Origin: the human T2T-CHM13v2.0 reference genome, Homo sapiens
Direction: 5' to 3' (one strand)
DNA length: 64,000 bases
NCBI RefSeq assembly: GCF_009914755.1
Contig: NC_060932.1
The notes beneath the pieces were generated by a model, which made no database searches, had not been told where the DNA came from, and saw only the letters and a list, made by a program, of their open reading frames with translations. The translations under genes were made by a program, and so were the position numbers. This document shows, one piece after another, positions 57,928 through 64,000 of the stretch. Positions within the stretch are counted from its first letter, which is position 1. Each line of letters begins with the position of its first letter.

Positions 57928-60520
57928 GTTGTTCTCTGAAGAGCAAATGTCTCATTCCAATAATGACCCACTCAGCAGGAATATGGTAGAGTTCAGTCCA
58001 ATTCAGATCAGCCATATCCAGAAGACTACAAGGCATTACTAAGTTGAGCAAAAGAGTTTTTATCTACTAGCGGAAAGGGCCTCTCTGGCAGCAGAGATTA
58101 AATATTGGCCCAACTTCATTTCCATACTTTAGGGAACAGCAAATTGAAGATTTACTTATCTAGGACTTGAATTCCTTCTTTGGGACCAAGTTAATAAAAG
58201 ACCAAGAAACTCCTGATTAAACTGGATGATGAGGGATTCTGCAGACAGGGCTGCACGTATGGGCTTTGTTTGACTTCTCTTTTCTCAGTTAACATCTCAG
58301 AGCTGGAACATTCCACATTCCCCAGCAGCGTGTGGGGGCCGACTAAAGTTTACAATTCTGACTAAAAATCACCCTGCTTCTGGCTTATCTGAATCCCTTA
58401 CCCACCCCACCCCACCACCCCACTCCTATTTATTCAGCACCGCACTACCCAGGAAATACACTAGCAAATTGTGAATGGAATAAAATCCACACTTTACTTT
58501 AGATTCTTGCAACTGTATCATATGTAATAGTATCACTTTTTCTACATTTTGGTCAAATAAATTTTTACATAAACTACAAAAAAAAAAAAGAAAATATGGC
58601 ACATATACACCATGGAATACTATGCGGCTCTAAAAAAGGAATGAGTTCATGTCCTTTATAGGGACATGGATGAAGCTGGAAACCATCCTTCTGAGCAAAC
58701 TATTGCAAGGACAGAAAACCAAACACTGCATGTTCTCACTCATAGGTGGGAATTGAACAATAAGAACATATGGACACAGGGTGGGGAACATCACACACCA
58801 GGACCTGCCAGAGGGTGGGGGAAAGGGGGAGGGATAGCATTAGGAGACATACCTAATGTAAATGACGAGTTAACGGGTGCAGCACACCAACACAGCACAT
58901 GTATACATATGTAACAAACCTGCACATTGTGCACGTGTACCCTAGAACTTAAGGTAAAATAAAAAAATAAAAAATAAAAAGACTTATTCAAGGCTGGGAA
59001 GAAAAAAAGGTTTAATTGGACTTACAGTTCCACATGGCTGAGGATGCCTCCGAATCATGGCAGGAGGCAAAAGGCACTTCTTACATGGTGGTGGCAAGAG
59101 AAAATGAGGAAGAAGCAAAAGCAGAAACCCCTGATAAACCCATCAGATCTCTTGAGACTTATTCACTATCATGAGAATAGCACAGGAAAGACTGGCCCCC
59201 ATGATTCAATTACCTACCCCTGGGTCCCTGCCATGACATGTATGAATTCTGTGAAATACAATTCAAGTTCAGATTTTGGTGGGGACACAGTCAAACTATA
59301 TCATTCTGCTCCTGGCCCCTCCAGATCTCATGTCCTCATGTTTCAAAACCAGTCACTCCTTCCCAACAGTCCCCCAAAGTCTTAACTCATTTCAGCATTA
59401 ACCCAGAAGTCCACCATCCAAAGTCTCATCTGAGAAAAGGCAAGTCCCTTCCGCCTATGAGCCTGCAAAACCAAAAGCAAGCTAGTTACTTCCTAGATAC
59501 AATGGAGGTACAGGTATTGGGTACCATTTCAAATGAGAGAAATTGACCAAAACAAACAGATTACAGGGCCCATGCAAGTCCAAAATCCAGCGGGGCAGTC
59601 AAACTTTAAAGTTCCAAAATGGTGTCCTTTGACGCCAGGTCTCACATCCAGATTACACTGATGCAAGAGATGGGTTTCTATAGTCTTGGTCAGCTCCATC
59701 CTTGTGGCTTTGGAGGGTACAGCCTCCTTTCTGGCTGCTTTCATGGTCTGGTGTTGAGGCTTTTCTAGATGCACGGTGCAAGCTTTTGGTGGATCTACCA
59801 TTCTGCGGTCTGGAGGACAGTCACCCTCTTCTCACAGCTCCACTAGGCAGCAACGCACTAGGGACTCTGTGTGGGGGCTCTGACCCCACATTTCTCTTCT
59901 GCGTTGCCCTGGCAGAGGTTCTCCGTGAGGGCCCTGCTCCTGCAGCAATCTTTTGCCTGGGCATCCAGGTGTTTCCATACATCTTCTGAAATCTAGGTGG
60001 AGGTTCCCAAACCTCAATTCTTGACTTCTGTGCACCGGAAGGCTCAACACCACATGGAAGCTGCCAAGGCTAGGGGCTTCCACCTTCTGAAGCCACAGCC
60101 TGAGCTGTATGTTGGCCCCTTTCAGCCACAGCTGGAGTGGCTGGGATACAGGGCACCAAGTGCCTAGGCTGTACATAGCACGGGGACCCTGGGCCCAGGC
60201 CACAAAACCACATTTTCCTCCTGGGCCTCTGAGCCTGTGATAGGAGGGACTTCCATGAAGGTCTCTGACATGGCCTGGAGACATTTTGCCTGTGGTCTTG
60301 GGGATTAACATAAGGTTCCTTGCTACTTATGCAAATTTCTGTAGCTGGCTTGAATTTCTCCCCAGAAAATGGGTTTTTCTTTTTTATCACATAGTTAGGC
60401 TGCAAATTTTCTGAACTTTTATGCTGTTTCCCTTTTAAAACTGAATGTTTTAAACAGTACCCAAGCCACCTTTTGTATGCTTTGCTGCTTAGAAATTTCT
60501 TCCAAAAGATACCCTAAATG

Positions 60521-60863
<343 letters not shown>

Positions 60864-61531
60864 TCAGGTAAAAAATGCCACCAGTCTCTGCTAAAACATA
60901 ACAAGAGTCACCTTTGCTCCAGTTCCCAGTTCCCAACAAGTTCCTCATCTCCATCTGAGACCACCTCAGCCTGGACCTTATTGTCCATATCGCTATCAGT
61001 ATTTTGGGCAAAGCCATTCAACAAGTCTCCAGGAAGTTCCAAACTTTCCTACATTTTCCTGTCTTCTTCTGAGCCCTCCAAACTGTTCCAACCTCTGCCT
61101 GTTACCCAGTTCCAAAGTCACTTCCACATTTTGGGGTATCTTTTCAGCAACGCCCCACTCTACTGGTACCAATTTACTGTATTAGTTCATTTTCACACTG
61201 CTGATAAAGACATATCCAAAACTGGAAAGAAAAAGAATTTTAATTGGGCTTACAGTTCCACATGGCTGGGGAAGGTCTCACAATCATGGCAGAGGGCAAA
61301 AGGCATTTCTTACATGGCGGTGGCAAAAGAGAATGAGGAAGAAGCAAAAGTGGAAACCCCTGATAAAACCATCAGATCTTGTGAGACTTATTCACTATTA
61401 AAAGAATAGCATGGGAAAGACAGGCTCCCATGATTCAATTACCTCTCCCTGGATCTCTCCCACAACATGTGGGAATTCTGGGAGATACAATTCAAATTGA
61501 GATTTGGTGGGGACACAGCCAAACCATATCA

Positions 61532-63330
61532 GAGGCTGAATATAGGACCCTAATCCCTTCTAGCTTGTAGGGTTTCTGCCTAGAAATCTGTTAATCTGAT
61601 AGGTTTTCCTTTATAGGTTACCTGATGCTTTTGCTTCACAGCTCTTAAGATTCTTTTCTTTGTCTTGACTTTAAATAACCTGTTGACTATGTGCCTAGAT
61701 GATGATCTTTTTGCAGTAAATTTTCTGGGTATTCTTTGAGCTTCTGGTATTCAGAGTTCTAGATCTCTAGCAAGGCCAGGAAAGTTTTCCTTGATTATTC
61801 CCTCAAATATGTTTTCCAAACTTTTAGATTCATCTTCTTCCTGAGGAACACCAATTATTCTTATGCTTGCTTTTTAAATATCATCCCAAATTTCTTGGAG
61901 GCTTTTTTCATTTTTTAAAAAATTATTTTTTCTTTGTCTTTGTTGGATTGGGTTAATTCAAAAGCCTTGTCTTCAAGCTGTGAAGTTGTTTTTTGTTTGT
62001 TTGATTTCTACTTGTTTAGTCTATTGAAATTTTCCAGTGTATTTGGTATTTCTCTAAATGTCTTTCATTTCCAGAACTTGTGATTTTTTTTCTTTATGAT
62101 ATCTATTTCTGTGGAGATTTTTTCATTCATATAATGTATTTTGTTTAAGTTGATGTTCACCTTTGTTTGGTACCTCCTTGAGTAACTTACTAACAATTAT
62201 CAACCTTTGGAATTCTTTATCTGGCAATTCAGAGATTTCTTCTTGGTTTGTATCTATTGCTGGAGAGCTAGTGTGATCTTTTGGGGGTGCCATAGAACCT
62301 TGTTTTGTCATATTACCAGAATTACTTTTCTGGTTCCTTCTTATTTGGGTAGACTGTTTTGGCAGAGAGATCTGGGATTCAAGCGCTGCTGTTCAGATTC
62401 TTTTGTCCCTCAGGGTGATCTGTTGATGTGGTGCTCTCTCCCTTCCCCTAAGGATGGGGCTTCCTGAGAGCAGGACGTCAGAGATTGTTATTGCCTTTCT
62501 GGGTCTAGCTACCCAGAGAGACTACCAAGCTCTGGGCTGGTGCTGGAAAATGTCTGCAAAGAGTCCTGTGATGTGATCTATCTTCATGTCTCCCAGCTGT
62601 GGACAACAGCACCTTCTCCAGTGGAGGTGGCAGGGAAGTGTAGTGGATTCTGTGAGAGTCCTTGGCTATAGTTTTGTTTAATGTGCTGCTTTTCTCGAAT
62701 GCTGGTTATGCTAACAGTGAAGTTGTCATGTGGACATATTCAGGACCTCTGGTTAGCTAGGATGTTGCAGGCAGCAGAAACAGCTGTTGTTTTCTCCTTC
62801 TTTGGAGCCGACTTGTTCTGTTATGAGTTGCTGTAATGGCTTGAGTTGGTTGGCCTCCAGCCAGGAGGTGGCACTTTCAAGAGAGCACCAGCTGTGGTGG
62901 TAGAAGGGGAATATAAGCTTGCCCTAAATTGGCCAGGATAAGTATTCAAGTTTCTCAGGTGATGGGCGGGGCCATAGAGCTTCCAAGAGATTATCCCTTT
63001 TGTATCCCTTCAGCTACCAGGATAGGTAGAGAAAAACCATCATGTGGGGACAGGGTTAGGTGGGTTTGAGCTGCCAGACTCTCCTCACTGGGGCTTGCAG
63101 AGGCCATTGTGGGAGACAGCAGGGTGGTTCTCAGGCCACTGGAGCTATGGTCCAAATGGTATTATGGCTACCTGTACTGTGTTGTTCAGGTGGCATGGCA
63201 GGCAGGGCTGAGATCTTGCCCCAGGCTACAAGCTTCCCTGCTGAGAAAGCAAGCAGGGCTTTAAGGCAACCTCTGCATTTGTATCTGCACTTCCTGTTTG
63301 CCCCTCACCTCCTTAGATTCAGCTCAGAAA
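61532..63330 (-). mobile_element. L1PB-type LINE, 5' part (ORF1 and 5' UTR), continuing 47792-52336
   Basis: Sequence resumes across the THE1 TSD (TTTAAG GAGGC TGAATATAGGACCC); ORF 62123-62311 is an ORF1 N-terminus (QEEISELPDKEFQRLII); right boundary approximate. Confidence 0.88.
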
Positions 63331-63349
63331 AATTTATGGGATCTTTTTC

Positions 63350-63675
63350 TCCTGTAGATATTTGTATGGCTCACTCTATATCTTCAGGCACCAACTCAAA
63401 TGTCATCTATCGTGAAGTCTTTCCTGATTATTATACAGAACATAATCACATGCTCACACACAGCATTCTCTATCCTCCTATCCTGCTATAATTTTATCCA
63501 TAGCATATAACATCAGATGTGTATTTATTACCTAAGGCTCCTAGTAACACAGAAGCACTAAGAAACCAGTGACTTAACTTGATCCATTCATTTTCCACCC
63601 CTTTGGTGCCTAGAAGACTGGCTGGGATACAGAGGTATGTAAAAAGTATCTGTTAAATGAATAGTTATTGAATGT
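63350..63675 (+). mobile_element. L2 3' fragment
   Basis: TGGCTCACTC..CAACTCAAATGTCATCT..GGTGCCTAGAA..GTTAAATGAAT. Confidence 0.5.
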
Positions 63676-64000
63676 CTAAAGAAATAAATGACCAAATTGG
63701 GTACATGAATGATGTATGTGAAAGCAAAAAAAATCACAGACTATACAACAGGTTGTACCCTGTCACCAAAGAATGAATGACAAAACTTGATCATTCCTGC
63801 TGAGAATTTGGTCCCTCACTCCTACTCTGGGTCCTTTATTTTGTTTCAGTCATTATTGTTCTTCTATATAGGTACTGTTGGAAATATGTGTTCCTTTTCA
63901 GAACCCTTGTTACTTGTCATAAAGTGCCTTGAAAGATCAATTTGCTGAAAGTTAAATTTTTAAAAATTTATTGAAAACAATGCATTTCCTCCACCAATTT

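Larger units (their letters stand above)
55985..58587 (+). pseudogene. TPM4: Processed pseudogene of TPM4 (short non-muscle isoform) with 5' UTR, CDS remnant 56158-56907, long 3' UTR and poly(A)
   Basis: Intronless [64 protein letters not shown]; AATAAA at 58556-58561; poly(A) at 58578-58587; TSD AAGAAAATGTGGCA (55971-55984) / AAGAAAATATGGCA (58588-58601); start codon lost, TAG at 56206, several indels. The symbol is the parent gene. Confidence 0.95.

Overview
Primate (human-like) nuclear DNA, AT-rich and dominated by interspersed repeats. I find no intact protein-coding gene, and almost all ORFs in the track are repeat-derived or spurious. The main structure is a nested insertion series at 47.8-63.3 kb. 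An old near-full-length L1PB-type LINE (-) is split by a full THE1 (MaLR) provirus, whose 3' LTR is split by a 5'-truncated L1PA (+). That L1PA is split by a TPM4 processed pseudogene, which carries its own 3'-UTR Alu. The three inner insertions each keep readable target-site duplications (TSDs). Other clear features are a diverged NUMT (ND2 3' end, tRNA-Trp, partial tRNA-Ala) inside an old L1 ORF1, a hAT/Blackjack-type transposon with transposase remnants inserted in a MIR, a THE1 solo LTR, MER2, Tigger3, MER53, several Alus and L1 fragments, and a perfect six-unit heat-shock element. Subfamily names and comparisons with parent genes come from my recollection of consensus sequences, not from alignments. 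I see no solid evidence for a wholly new biological system; the best leads are listed as findings.
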